The notes beneath the pieces were generated by a model. It worked only from the letters and a program-made list of their open reading frames with translations. It was not told the DNA's origin and searched no databases. DNA of 64,000 nt from contig NC_087250.1 in assembly GCF_037042905.1 (NCBI RefSeq), positions 4,092,001 to 4,156,000 on the forward strand, in the 5' to 3' direction. Positions 10,839 to 22,554 of the stretch are shown piece by piece (position 1 is the first letter of the stretch; the number at the start of each line of letters is the position of its first letter). The DNA is from Lytechinus pictus. Taxonomy: Eukaryota. The translations under genes and the position numbers were made by a program.

Positions 10839-13097
10839 TTTCACTTCTCCTGCTGCTCATTATCGAAGCAGGATGTCAACAGACTTACCAATGCAGATGA
10901 ACAGTTCACCTGCCCCCTGTGCTCTAACGTGTCCTCCCAGTCTTCCCAGGACTGCCACAGTGTCGATGCTTGCCTCTGTCCAATGTGTGATCTGACTTGC
11001 TCTCCCTCAGCTGATTCCATCGAATGCATGTCATGTGCCTCCTGGTTCCACACTCTGTGCTTGCCTCCAAAATTGTCTGCTATCTCTTCAACATCTGATC
11101 CACTTACTGCCTGCCCAGCATGTGTTCCGCTAAACTCCCTCACCCCATCTCAGCCAGAAACAAACTCATCTGTCTCCTCAAGATCTATGACCACATCTCA
11201 TAGTCAAACTGTATCCCCTGTCCTTTCATCAGTAGGCTCTCAGACTCCCCTTATAGCTATCCCTTCTGACAACAGCATCAGAATTGCTCCCAGCACCATT
11301 TGCAAGTCCTCTCAAACAGTGGATGACTCTTCATTTTCTGGAAACTCTCTCCCATGTTCGAAGTGTCCTTCTCTGGAAAGCAAACTAAAAGAGTCTTCAG
11401 TGATCATCGATGCAAAAAAGACAGCTTGTGCTATTCTCAACTCCGAGCATGAAAATGTATCTTATAAGCTTCACAAGGTAAATCGAGAACTTGAGACTCT
11501 GAAGCGGCAATACGAATCTAATCTGAACACCTCTGCTGACCTGAAGGTTAAAATAACGGACCTTGAACTGAGATGCACGTCCATCCTCTCCTCAAATGAT
11601 CATCTACATGCTTTATGTCTGCACCATGGTATCATACCACCTGACTCTATCCCCCTGGGCAGTGCGGGTGGTCCACCTAAGGCCTCAAGTACTCTGAATA
11701 GAGGGACCTCTCAGGTCCTGAAAGAACCAGTTACCACCTCTAATCAGTTTTCTGTTCTCTGCGATTTGCCAGAAGCCACTGAGGGCTGCCCCTCTACCTC
11801 CTTCCCTGTCACCTCCCATCGTTTGAAGAAACAAAAACCGCCAACTACATCTAACTCTCCTCGTTCCAAGAGGTCTCATGCAACATATGCCCCTCGAATC
11901 GATGCAGTTTACAGCCCTACTCTCCGAAAATCCCCTCAAAGAAGACCCCCTCCTCCACCTCGTGAACAGAGACAGACCCCTCTCCCCACTGGGAATCCCC
12001 GTGGCTCCCCACCGCCTGTCAGCAATGTCCGCGCCTCTGTGGATCCACGCCTCCCGACCTTCAGAGCCAACAATATCACACCCCGCAGACGTCCATCCCC
12101 CCATCCTGTCTCTCCAAACTATGTTGCTCCTGTTTACGCACCGCCAAGTGACTTACCTCCGTGCCCTCCGTTCCCTAGACATATGAACTCCTTCACTTCA
12201 TCTCCAGTGTCTACACTCCCGGGGCATACGTCCCATGGTCAGAACGATGCTGCTGGCTCATCCTCTAGAGCCTCCCTCGCTGACCACTCGCTGCACACTG
12301 CTTTTGATGTCTCTCCCAACAACGCTTCTTTCATACCACCTCCTACTCTTAATCGCAGCGTCAGGATAAATATCAGCAAATCCTCCCCAACTTTAGCTCT
12401 TCCTGTTAGTGAGGGTTCCTCTCTACCGTCACATTCTCCCTTGCTCGCCAGCGTGAAGTCAGCAATATCTCCTGATGGCAAAGAACAGCACAGTCCCTCG
12501 CACCCTTCACAGGGGTCTGCTAGCGGCATCTCTCTCCCCTCCCCATGTCCCTCGACAGCTAGCACATCTGTCCCCATCTCTGCGCCAAAGACAGCGGTAG
12601 CTATTAACTTATCAGGCTCGCACTCACCGCCTCCTACTGGTCCTCAAAAGCAAACTAGTGATACGCTGATCCCCTCCCCCAACTCCAGGAACTCGCTCAA
12701 CTCCTCGCACCACCCTCCCTCTGGCAAACAAAATCCTCTTACCAATGCTGCCCAGGTGAAGGCACCAAATGTTACGAAACATTCCAATCATTACAAACAT
12801 CTTCATAGTACCTCTACTTCACAAGCTCCCAGTACTCATCAGCATGTACCGCCAGCAGAATTTGTCTCCCAAGACTCCCTCCTGGATTTTCGTCAGGGCC
12901 GGGCCTCTCTGCGCACTCATATACAGCTCATGGAAACAGTGTACTATGCTGCAGCCCATGCCTTAAACAACCTGACTATCCCATCTGTGTACCACGACAA
13001 AGTAATGATCTCCCAACTTCACATGATCCACCACCAGATCCTGGGAGCCACGCAAGCCAGTTTGAACCTCCTCCCCGCTCACCCCCAGTCAAATTAG
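10839..13097 (+). CDS. LINE ORF1 (5'-truncated): half PHD + full PHD finger, coiled coil, long Ser/Pro-rich region
   Basis: FHFSC...FTCPLC; CPMC...CMSCASWFHTLC...CPAC (C4HC3); heptad-rich LESKLKE...LELRC. Confidence 0.8.
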   Translation, partial: FHFSCCSLSKQDVNRLTNADEQFTCPLCSNVSSQSSQDCHSVDACLCPMCDLTCSPSADSIECMSCASWFHTLCLPPKLSAISSTSDPLTACPACVPLNSLTPSQPETNSSVSSRSMTTSHSQTVSPVLSSVGSQTPLIAIPSDNSIRIAPSTICKSSQTVDDSSFSGNSLPCSKCPSLESKLKESSVIIDAKKTACAILNSEHENVSYKLHKVNRELETLKRQYESNLNTSADLKVKITDLELRCTSILSSNDHLHALCLHHGIIPPDSIPLGSAGGPPKASSTLNRGTSQVLKEPVTTSNQFSVLCDLPEATEGCPSTSFPVTSHRLKKQKPPTTSNSPRSKRSHATYAPRIDAVYSPTLRKSPQRRPPPPPREQRQTPLPTGNPRGSPPPVSNVRASVDPRLPTFRANNITPRRRPSPHPVSPNYVAPVYAPPSDLPPCPPFPRHMNSFTSSPVSTLPGHTSHGQNDAAGSSSRASLADHSLHTAFDVSPNNASFIPPPTLNRSVRINISKSSPTLALPVSEGSSLPSHSPLLASVKSAISPDGKEQHSPSHPSQGSASGISLPSPCPSTASTSVPISAPKTAVAINLSGSHSPPPTGPQKQTSDTLIPSPNSRNSLNSSHHPPSGKQNPLTNAAQVKAPNVTKHSNHYKHLHSTSTSQAPSTHQHVPPAEFVSQDSLLDFRQGRASLRTHIQLMETVYYAAAHALNNLTIPSVYHDKVMISQLHMIHHQILGATQASLNLLPAHPQSN

Positions 13098-16000
13098 GAA
13101 CTCTCAATTCCCGTGGCCTTTCTTCCAGTGCTAACTTCATCACCTACCTCCTTCATGACTTGGATTTTTTGGCAATCCAGGAACACTGGCTGAATGTATA
13201 TAACTGTGGCAAACTCTCCAGCATAGACTCTTCCTTCTCAACTTTCAGCAAGTACCAGGAAGATATTCCCCTTCACAACCTTCCTGCTAGAGGCAGGGGA
13301 AAAGGAGGCGTGGCAGCCTTTCTCCGAACCTCAGCCTTTGGCAGTATACATGAGATTCCCTGTTCCTCATCAAGAATCCAAGTTCTATCAACATGTCACC
13401 TCCCCTCAGGCATGAATCTCACCTTCATAAACTGCTACCTCCCATGTAGCTCCTCTCAAGATGACCTGGCCGAATATAGCCTATGTCTATCCACCATCTC
13501 CACCATTATCTCTTCCCACACTAACTCTCTTATTGTCATAGCTGGGGACTTCAACGCTGACATATCTAGTCCTTCGCCAAAAAAGAAATCTGCTATTCTG
13601 CTCAACGAGTTCATTTGTGAAAATGGTCTAGCCAGTCTCCTACAAGATGTGGGCTCAAAGGAGCTGTATACCTTCATGTCAGATGATGGTACACGCACCT
13701 CATTGATTGATGGTTTCTTAGTACCAGCTCACTCTTCCAGCCTCTTCAGCAAACCAGCAATCCTGAAAGAGCATCCACTTAACACATCTGACCATCGGCC
13801 AGTTCTTGTATCACTTCACCCTCCTCACCAATCTGGTATAGTCTTCGCCTCATCATCCTCTGCTCCCATTGCTGAAGGAATTCAACGCATTTCCATCTCT
13901 TGGCCCTCTGACTCTGCTATCATCCGAGATAAATATACCATCCCTCTTGATTCCATGTCCGCCAAGATCTTTCTCAATTTAGACTCTCTGGAGCTTTCCC
14001 CCATAGACATTGACTCCATCTTTAATATCCTCCAGAAGAATATGCTTACTCTCTCTCTTGAACTTCCCCACAAAGTTAATTCAAAGAAAAGGTCTGGTAA
14101 ACAAGAATGGTCACACGCTGTGAGCGAAGCATATGCCATCTCCCTCTCCACCTGGAAAGCGTGGAGGAATGCTGGCAAACCTACAGAAAACAACAACTCA
14201 CTCAGATCCAAGTACCTTACCGCCAAGAAGAACTTCCGCAAATCCCTTAGGCAGTCCTCTGCTAAGGTTAAACTCAACACAAGATTGGAGATTGAAGGTG
14301 CTCGTAATGCTCCTATTTTCTATAAGTTAGTCAACAAGCGAAAATCAAGTAATGCTCCAACTCAAAATCTAGCCTACTTAGAATATGACAACACACGCTT
14401 CACAGGAGAGCAGGTCATCGAAGGTTGGCAGAGATACTTCTCCATGCTCTCCGCCTGCTCTCTCAACCCAGCTGAAAGCCCTGTAGAAGACCCGGACATC
14501 AATCATTCCCCCTTCGTCGCCTCTCAGCCCTCTAGTTCCTGCCACTCCAAGGTAGCCTCCTTGTCATACCCACCCCTCCACTCAGGTACCGCCTCCACTC
14601 CTCAACAAGTTACTCTTACCCTGGAAGATATAGACAATGCAATAGCCTTACTCAGACCAAAGAAAGCCCCTGGATCGGATAACATAACCTCCAATCATGT
14701 CAAGCATTCAGGACCTATTACCCGCAGACTGCTTCTTCTTCTCATTCAATCTTGCATCAGAATTGGATACATCCCCTCCTCTCTGAAAGATGCCCTCATT
14801 ATTCCCTTGCACAAAGGCAAAGGTAAACCCATACATGATCCATCTAGTTACCGGGGTATCTCCCTTACCTCGTGCATGTCTAAACTGCTGGAGAATGTTC
14901 TGAAGCCCCATATTGAAAAGCCTCTCTCCTCTGTCAATGTTCCGGACGAGCTTCAATTCGGGTTCCAGGCAGGAAAGTCGTGTACTCTGACTTCTCTAAC
15001 CCTCCAACTCTCAATCGAACTCAACATATCTGCTATGAACCCTACCTATCTTACCCTTCTGGATGCAAATAAAGCCTTCGACTCTGTTTCTCATAGTGGC
15101 CTCTTCTCAAAACTTCAAGACACACCAATTCCATCCTCTGTACAATCTACTTTGAACGCCCTCTACCAAGGTGCTTCAGCCGTGTCACCTGGAAAGGTTC
15201 TGTCAGTTCCTTCATCCCTCTAAACAAGGGTGTCAGACAAGGAGGAATACTCTCTCCCACGCTGTACAACGTATTCGTTGATGGCCTCATCAAGACTCTC
15301 CGGTACAAGGGGCTTGGCTGCACCTTCCAGAATAGATATGCAGGTGTAATTATCCTTGCTGATGATGTTGCCCTTCCGCTTGCAAGTTCTCCCACTGAAC
15401 TTCAGCATATGCTGAATGTCACAGATGAATATGCCACTCATTGGGAATACTCTATCAATCCCTCAAAAAGTGCCATCCTCATCTTCAAGTCAAAGCGCAG
15501 CATCCACCCATCCTGCCAATTCTTCATTGACGGTGACAGAATCAGAGAGGTCTCTCATCATCCCCACCTTGGCATCACCAAATCAACCATCCCGTATGAC
15601 CACACTCAACACATAATCACCAAGGGATACAACACCCTCTTCGCCATCATCGGTAGCAACAGCAGCAATAACCTCTTCCTCCCCCACACCCTTGCGAAGC
15701 TCTGGAAAACTTTCTGCGTACCCCGAATGACCTATGGCTCACAGCTCCTGTGTCTCACTCAATCCTCACTCAACAAACTTGACTCTGCCCAACACTCCCT
15801 TTTCAAGAAAATCTTGGGTCTACCGAGATCTGCCCCCAATATCTCTATCTTCCTGTTAACTGACCTACTTCACTTCTCCCGCGAGATTGAACTGAACACT
15901 TTCCTTCTGATAGGACAGCTCTTCAGCATCGACCATAGTAGATTTGAATTTCGCTCATTCCTTCATGCCCTCTCCATCAAGACTCCTACTATCATCTACT

Positions 16001-16668
16001 GGAATAAACTGCTCTCTAAGTACAACCTTCCCTCACTCACCTCTCTCCTATCTGAAGATTTCTCATACCACCGCTGGAAAACTCTGTGCAGGAGTAAAGT
16101 GTATGATGCCCAAATGGAAGAAGCCAGAGTGTGCATTGAGAAATTCTCATCCCTCAGCCTATGGAGTAACCTCTTAATGCTCCCCAAGATATCGTCACTT
16201 TACCCCTCTTCACTACCGACCCATCTTCGATCAGCTGTGATATTACGCGCTCAGCTACTTACGTCCACCTATCCCACACAACGACGCCTAGTCACCATCA
16301 GGAAGAGCACAGACCCAACCTGCAATCTCTGCTCTCTAGAGGAAGAAACCACTACCCACTTTCTTGCCTCATGTCCAGTCCTTTTGACGCAGCGTCTGGA
16401 CCTACTACAGCATGTTGAGAACATTGACTTGCCTGCACACATCCTAAATGATTTCACTGGAAATGACCCCCTCATCCTTGCATCCTCCATCCTTTTCCCC
16501 TCACACTCTCTGCCCTCCTCTTCTGCTTCCTCTCTGACATATCAATGCCTAAGATACATCTTAAAAATCCACCTATGTCGACAGCACCAACAAGAAAGGA
16601 CCTGAACTTTGCGGCTTGCTGCCGATCTCCGAAGACCGGAGGAAGGAAATATACAAGAACAAGAACAA
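10840..16668 (+). mobile_element. 5'-truncated non-LTR retrotransposon (RTE-X/Proto2-like; clade assignment tentative)
   Basis: ORF1 with PHD fingers, ORF2 with AP endonuclease, RT and C-terminal CCHC, and an (ACAAGA)n tail at ~16653-16668. Boundaries are fixed by comparison with the uninterrupted unit B. Confidence 0.9.
12809..16605 (+). pseudogene. LINE ORF2 (AP endonuclease, RT, CCHC) with one frameshift near 15175-15180
   Basis: Frame 2: VKLGTLNSRGL, IQEHWL, GDFNAD, SDHRPV, YRGISL, QFGFQ, DANKAFDSV. Frame 1 from 15181: RVTWKG, GVRQGGILSP, ILADD, CNLC...HFLASC. Confidence 0.85.
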
Positions 16669-17407
16669 GCATGTGTGCAAGATTAAAGTCTAGGTATGAT
16701 TGATTCTATCCATAAAACAGACCATTTGTAATTAAACTTGAAATAAGGATTTTTGTTGTTCCGTCTTCCATTTCGTATATATTTTCTTCAATTCTATTCA
16801 ACCAGATGTAGGGACAAACCAATTTTTTTCGGATTATAAATAAAAATTGCCGTAAATATAGATACAATATCTATGTAGAATAAAAAAATAGCAATATCTC
16901 TTTCAAGTTTATGTTTTAATTTTTTTTTATTTTTTACCGCCGAACAACCAGATACAAGTCATACAATTTGTATAACTGTATTAAATCAATATAAGCATTG
17001 AAAATACAAGAGTTTTGGAAATAGAAACATCAGAAGCTTTTATTCATATATATCTAAGATGTCTTTATCTTCTCCTTCGTCTTTTTACTCTTTGGTTGTA
17101 TTTTTGTTTTTTGACAATCTGTCTGCCTACTCCAGTATAAGGCATAACAACCCATCCCCCGAAAAAAAGAATAAATAAATGAATGAAAAAACACACAAAA
17201 ATAGCACACTACTAAAAATGTAAAAAAAGAAGCGTGTTATATAGATCAGATATTGATTTTATTCGAACAATCAATGTTTTAATTCAGAAGTAACGAAGTG
17301 GGGTGTGTGTGGCAATTTGCCCCTACAGTTTCCTACATGGAACAGGTGCTCTTGTATTTATTATAATAAAGCTCAATTAGACCTCAGAAGTCAGTATCTA
17401 AGGTCAC

Positions 17408-17836
17408 ATTGGGTGATTTTAAGTTCAGAGTTGACCTGTTGGTGTTGGATTAGGTCAATTATAACACGAGCTTATGAGCACCGAACACTCTAAAAACACT
17501 GAGTAAAAATTTACCCATTATATGGTAGAAAGGGAACGTGCATGTGTTCTGGGTATTTCTTTTTTTACCCCATATTGGGCTATTTCAACGCAATATTGCG
17601 TAAAATTTGTTCACCCAACCAACACGCATGTTCCCATTTTACCCAATATTGGGTATACATTTTTTTGAGTGAATATAACATACAATTGGTCCTGAAAAAA
17701 CGCTCACTCGGTATTGAGCCGTTAATATTGAGATCTGCATCCTTTTTAAAACTCAGAATAGGTTGTAGAGCTAGAAAGTACAATCCCAATTGTGCTTCCA
17801 ACACCAACACCAGCACCGGACTTGAAATCACCAATT
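17408..17836. mobile_element. Inverted-repeat element in the fucosyltransferase 3' UTR, containing a nested CAC...GTG MITE (17486-17671, AA TSD)
   Basis: ATTGGGTGATTTTAAGTTCAGAGTTG...TGTTGGTGTTGGA versus TCCAACACCAACACCAGCACCGGACTTGAAATCACCAAT. The same terminal motif occurs at 60889-61203. Duplicated at ~24513-24949. Confidence 0.55.
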
Positions 17837-17849
17837 TTTATATATAGAC

Positions 17850-19310
17850 CTACATAGTGACATCGATATCCATTACTCGTGTTCTCTGGCTTTCAAGATT
17901 GCATTTCCCATACCACCAGTCGTAGAACACAGGGTGGCGACCCTGCCAGGGATATCTTTCTGGAAACAATGATTTCATAACCAGTCCTTTGATGATGATG
18001 CACATGCTGTGGCTGTTTGTCTTTGCGCGACTGGTCAAAAGACTATCCCCCTTCTCTACCCCACCTAACCTCCTCCAGGAAAAGTACTCTAGATATTTCT
18101 GCTGGTCGCGATCCAGGAGGTTGATGTATTCCACGAACTCTCGAACCGTCTTGAAGTCGTCGAGATATATGAATGAGTGCGGTGGAATCAGACGTTCGTA
18201 GTCGGCTTTCGGCGCGCCGAAGACGATCGGGACGCTTCCAACTGCGAGAGCGTTGTTCCAGATCTTTTCTGTAATGTACTCAGGGCATTGAGTGTTCTCC
18301 AACGCCAGGGTGAATTTATACTCTGCACGCATATCCCAGCATGCGTCCTCCGAGCGAGGGCATTCTAGCCGTCCGCACCTGCCGTAGGTATCGACGCTCA
18401 GGTAGTTCTGGAGTTCTTCAACAAACCTTGTCCTCGCCCAACTGGTACTGTTGCAGTTAGTTGCGACCCATATCATCAGTTTGTCCTTCTGGAGAATCTT
18501 CGGATCTGGTTCTGCGAGTTCTGGGTCCACGAAGTAATAACCTGGAGCAATATCTGACTCGAGGAGGTAAGTTAGCGAGAGGTTAAAAGGATTACCATAC
18601 TCTCTAGGTGGACTCGCAGGTGGGCCATGGATAGAGGCTTCCTTGGAATGGAACACCCACAACTGGCCAGGCGGCCGGTTTTGGACATAAGGTGCCCAAT
18701 CACGGTTATCGATGTGAAAGACCACCACGTCACTTTCTAAGAAGTCCTGAAAGTCGTTTCCAACCTTGGTTTCAATCCAACAGTCGGAGAACTTACACTT
18801 CAGACGCTTCCAGTTTAAAGTAAAAACTTGGATAACCCGTTCATCAAGTTCCCTGCACATTTGGAAGACCCTGATTACACAATCTGTTTGGGAGTCGTTG
18901 GCTGCTGCCGCTGCGTCCTGGAACTTCTTCAACAACCTGTTAGGACCGGACGCTGATCCAACGCTGTCATCGGCTAATACTTTCCTCATCCATGATGCAT
19001 CCACGTCACTGTCAATCTTAAACTCCCTGTTGACAGCGGCAGTCTTTATGATCTCTTGGCTTAGTCGGAGATCATCTAGCTCTGGGATATGATCGTAGTA
19101 CCTACTTTTTGATATCTTCGACCGAGGAAGGGCTTCGCCATTTCGGTATACCAATCTGTTTACGTTCTCTACAAGTTTGCGTTCGGAGTAGCTAAGAGAC
19201 ACCAGGTGGTTCCGCAGTTCAACGTAAGTCTTGAAGACCACGATCATCAAGAGGCTGCCCCCGATCACGATTAAACGATTCTTTACAGTGCCAAGGTTTA
19301 CGATGTCCAT
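17850..19310 (-). CDS. Alpha-1,3/4-fucosyltransferase (GT10), copy A, 486 aa, single coding exon
   Basis: N-terminal TM segment (LIVIGGSLLMIVVF), DVVVFH, RPPGQLWVF, WVATNC, VDTYGRCG and the GT10 signature YKFTLALENTQCPEYITEKIWNNALAVGSVPIVFG, HSFIYLDDF. The ATG at 19310 follows the acceptor ttgttctcctgcag|. Confidence 0.92.
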   Translation of the reverse strand: MDIVNLGTVKNRLIVIGGSLLMIVVFKTYVELRNHLVSLSYSERKLVENVNRLVYRNGEALPRSKISKSRYYDHIPELDDLRLSQEIIKTAAVNREFKIDSDVDASWMRKVLADDSVGSASGPNRLLKKFQDAAAAANDSQTDCVIRVFQMCRELDERVIQVFTLNWKRLKCKFSDCWIETKVGNDFQDFLESDVVVFHIDNRDWAPYVQNRPPGQLWVFHSKEASIHGPPASPPREYGNPFNLSLTYLLESDIAPGYYFVDPELAEPDPKILQKDKLMIWVATNCNSTSWARTRFVEELQNYLSVDTYGRCGRLECPRSEDACWDMRAEYKFTLALENTQCPEYITEKIWNNALAVGSVPIVFGAPKADYERLIPPHSFIYLDDFKTVREFVEYINLLDRDQQKYLEYFSWRRLGGVEKGDSLLTSRAKTNSHSMCIIIKGLVMKSLFPERYPWQGRHPVFYDWWYGKCNLESQRTRVMDIDVTM

Positions 19311-20021
19311 GCTCTGTACCTGCAGGAGAACAAACACAGACTCCTATAATACTGTTTCCTCTTAATTTCAACACTCTATACAGGGGTTTCTAAAAAAGGG
19401 GAGCCGAAGTTCAGAGACGTCAGCTATGTCAAGATTACATAGGCCTAACTTCTTGTGATTTGTATTCTATATAACTATAGGTAACTCATCAACTTTAATT
19501 TGTCACATTAATCGTCACTGGTCACAACGTTATCCTTCAGAGGCGAAGGGTACAAAACCTATCCCCCCAAGTTTTTTGTTTTAATGTACATGCACGAAAC
19601 AAACTTTTGTTTGTGAAGTTTTTGTTTCCTCAGAGTTTTTCCCTTCAAAGTTCCATGAAATGCTATGCCCACTGTTAACTTTTTGTGAGTGACTAGCATT
19701 TACATATCAACTGCCTAGCTCCAAAACGTTATTCATCCCTTCCTTTTGCACCAACACATTCAACGTTTTCACAGTACCTCCCCTGGATCGACGCTGTCAT
19801 GTCTTGCATTGCTCTTTTAATCATTGTCGGAAGGTGACGGAGAACGTGTATTTCGTACTAAATGTGCCTGCAAGTCACCAAGGATGTGCTCAACCAAACT
19901 TGCAGCTAGAACCCAGTTATGTTTCATTCATTCGCAAACAAATCGGCAGAAGCGATATCATTATACTGAAATTTGCAGAGAAAACTCTTGATGAAACCAA
20001 AACATTACAACACAGTGGGTA

Positions 20022-20192
20022 CACTAGCGTACCTACGGGGGGAGCAGAGGGGGCTGCCCCCCCTGACGAGCCACAACCCATGCAAAGGACATATCCCTGC
20101 CCCCCTGACGAGCTTGAAAGACCTTTTTTGCCCCCCCCCTCCCCCCTGACGAACTTGAAGACCTTTATTGACCCCCCTAACGAGCTTGAAGA

Positions 20193-20229
<37 letters not shown>

Positions 20230-20363
20230 TGTCAAATTTTTTTCTGGTACGAAATCCTTCATTTGTGATTGAAGACCATTTTTTTTCTTTTTTTTTTTTT
20301 TGCTTGTCAAATTTTTTGGCGGACGGTTTTGCCCCCCTGTGAAAAATCCCAGGTACGCCACTG
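20022..20363. mobile_element. hAT-like MITE (8-bp TSD AGTGGGTA)
   Basis: TIRs CACTAGCGTACCT / AGGTACGCCACTG. TSD at 20014-20021 and 20364-20371. Same family at 27140-27398 and 31098-31446. Confidence 0.85.
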
Positions 20364-21229
20364 AGTGGGTATCTTGCACGTACGTTACAACAACAACAAC
20401 AACAACAAACTTGGAAAAAGTAGGTTTTGTACCCTTCGCCTTTGAAGGAGCATAACTCTGAGACCCGTGACAATTGTGACGCAAGCAAAGTTTCAAATTA
20501 AAGTTGATGGATAGAATAAAATAAATTATGTATTATTGATATATAGCTGACCTTTGAACTTCGGTTACCTTTTTTTAGAAACAAAATGTATATTATAAAC
20601 CCTTGTTGCCAAAATAAACTATGGAAAATGGAATCTAAGGCTAAACGAGGACTCAAAATACACGATATTTTCCAATGGAGAGTAAACAATGGAAAATATT
20701 GGGGTATAGTTTATGATAATTCCTGAGGGCTTAGGCGTAATATATATAGATCCTCTCAAATTTCTTTTCCAACAGGTAAGAACAATCTGAGCCAAAATGA
20801 CAATTAATGCTATTGCGATCATTAAAGAAAAAAATATTAATACTTTTGGTCATGAATCTAGCTATGCTAGCCGTGGTGATGGCATAATGAGCCAATATGC
20901 CTGTACTATGCACGTGACCAGCTGTGAGTTTTATTATGAAATATTAGCGAGTTTTTTGCAATCGCAAGGGAGACTGCTGACTTTACAACATAGAAAATCT
21001 ATTGAAAATGCCAGTCAAATCACAAGGAGCGGCTGAGGGGTCTTTGTCGAAAATTGATGAACCGGCAGAGCTCATGATCGTCGTAAGATTATGAGCGGAC
21101 GAAAAATTGCAAATATGTCGTTTGTCCAGAGTCCAGGACGAAACTGCTGTTTTGGATTAACCGATTTTTGACTAAGACTGATTTGTCTCGAAGGGCTTTT
21201 GATTATATTTTTGCTATGTTGCAGAATTC

Positions 21230-21673
21230 AAACTCTCTTTAAAAAGACTGTACTTGTTTTAAATGAATTCAATGCTGAGTTACAATGTATTATCTATACG
21301 ATGTTAAGTTCTCATTCTCTTTTCTTTAATTGCGAATGGTATTTATCATGACTGTTTCCTTTCTACCTCTTCCATCTTCACTGTCTCCCCTCTCTTTCTG
21401 TTTTCTCTCTATCTAATTTATGTGTATACATATGTGTGTGTGTGCTCATTGTTACATATGTATTTTTAATGTATAATTTGTATTATAATGTTATAATGTA
21501 TAATTTGTATTATAATGTTAACCTCAAATGTTTAGTGTATGTTGGGACCCTGCTTACAAGCACTGTGCTTATTAAGGGTATCCCTCCATTTTTAAACAAT
21601 ATGTATTTGTATTTCATGTCAGATTTTTATGTACACTTATTTTTAAAGATGGTAAATAAATTGAAATTGAAAT
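21230..21673 (+). mobile_element. 3' end fragment of an old LINE (L2-like), duplicated at ~28266-28709
   Basis: Terminal stem-loop GGGACCCT...AAGCAC-TGTGCTT...AAGGGTATCCC followed by AATAAA and (TTGAAA)2. Confidence 0.4.
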
Positions 21674-22177
21674 CTGTCCCCCTCGCGACTGCAAAAACTC
21701 CCTATTCCCACTCTTTGTTCAATGAAATGACAGAACCAAGCCAACAACAGTCGAAACTAAATCATAACAAACACGTTTTACTTATTTAATAGAGTGATCG
21801 ACATTCTTTAATTAAAAGGGTTGAGATATGCTATTGAATATGCTTTCACCCTCAGAAATGTTTAACCGACATTGAAGTGATATGAACCTACCAACCGTTG
21901 TTTTTAAAATAAAAATGCATGCAAAATGAGGTCGACAGTTGGTCTGTTAATATCTTGGGCAGCTTTTGGCAGGATTAACAAATCTCCTGAGAGTGTTAAA
22001 AAATCATATGCCATGTAATTAATTTCATGCATTGCTCATATTGAATATTCGCAAAGTGCATTTTGAAGTAGATTGCCTGTCACTCTCGCCACTGTACAGT
22101 CAAATAAAATATAACATGAAATACTGTTCAGCCAAATGAATTAATACAGCAAGTAAACAACATATTAAAGTACTCAC

Positions 22178-22356
22178 CTTTTGTTGACGTTAGCGTATCC
22201 ACTTATTATTAAAAACATATCATGCTTCTAACATTGACAGGAAAAATTGTGGGGATCCAGAGTCCGCGAGTCAGCAACTCTTAAGGTTTAAGGTTCTTGA
22301 CACGATAGGAGAATTTACCTCAATGTTGTAGGCTATGGTGTAAGAGAGAGAACTGA
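22178..22356 (-). other. Candidate non-coding first exon of fucosyltransferase copy A (intron 19320-22177)
   Basis: Strong donor AAG|GTGAGT at 22178/22177 and an initiator-like TCAGTT at 22356-22351. Copy B has the equivalent donor at 29214/29213. Not verified by transcripts. Confidence 0.45.
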
Positions 22357-22554
22357 GAAATGGGGGACCAGATCGATCGATAGTCTATGTATCCCCATCA
22401 CATCACGTCACTGTGCTTAGGGGTGCGTAGAAATGTTCTTAAGCGACTATTGATTAAAAAAGGCAGAACTAATTCTTCAAAGCGCTGGAGAAGGTTTGAA
22501 TATCGATTGATTATCCCGGTCGGTCATCGTGGTCATTCCGGGATATGTAGTTTT

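Noticed and set aside
10836-10841. Start codon of the 753-aa ORF
   Set aside because: The GTG belongs to host flank shared with unit B. ORF1 is 5'-truncated in the middle of a PHD finger.
19311-19337. N-terminal MFVLLQVQS extension of the fucosyltransferases (also 26425-26451)
   Set aside because: It starts at GTG and reads through the polypyrimidine tract and AG of a splice acceptor. The real start is the ATG at 19310 / 26424.
19804-20496. Poly-Lys and poly-Phe ORFs (also 27041-27532 and 30982-31293)
   Set aside because: These are translations of poly-A/T tracts inside MITEs.
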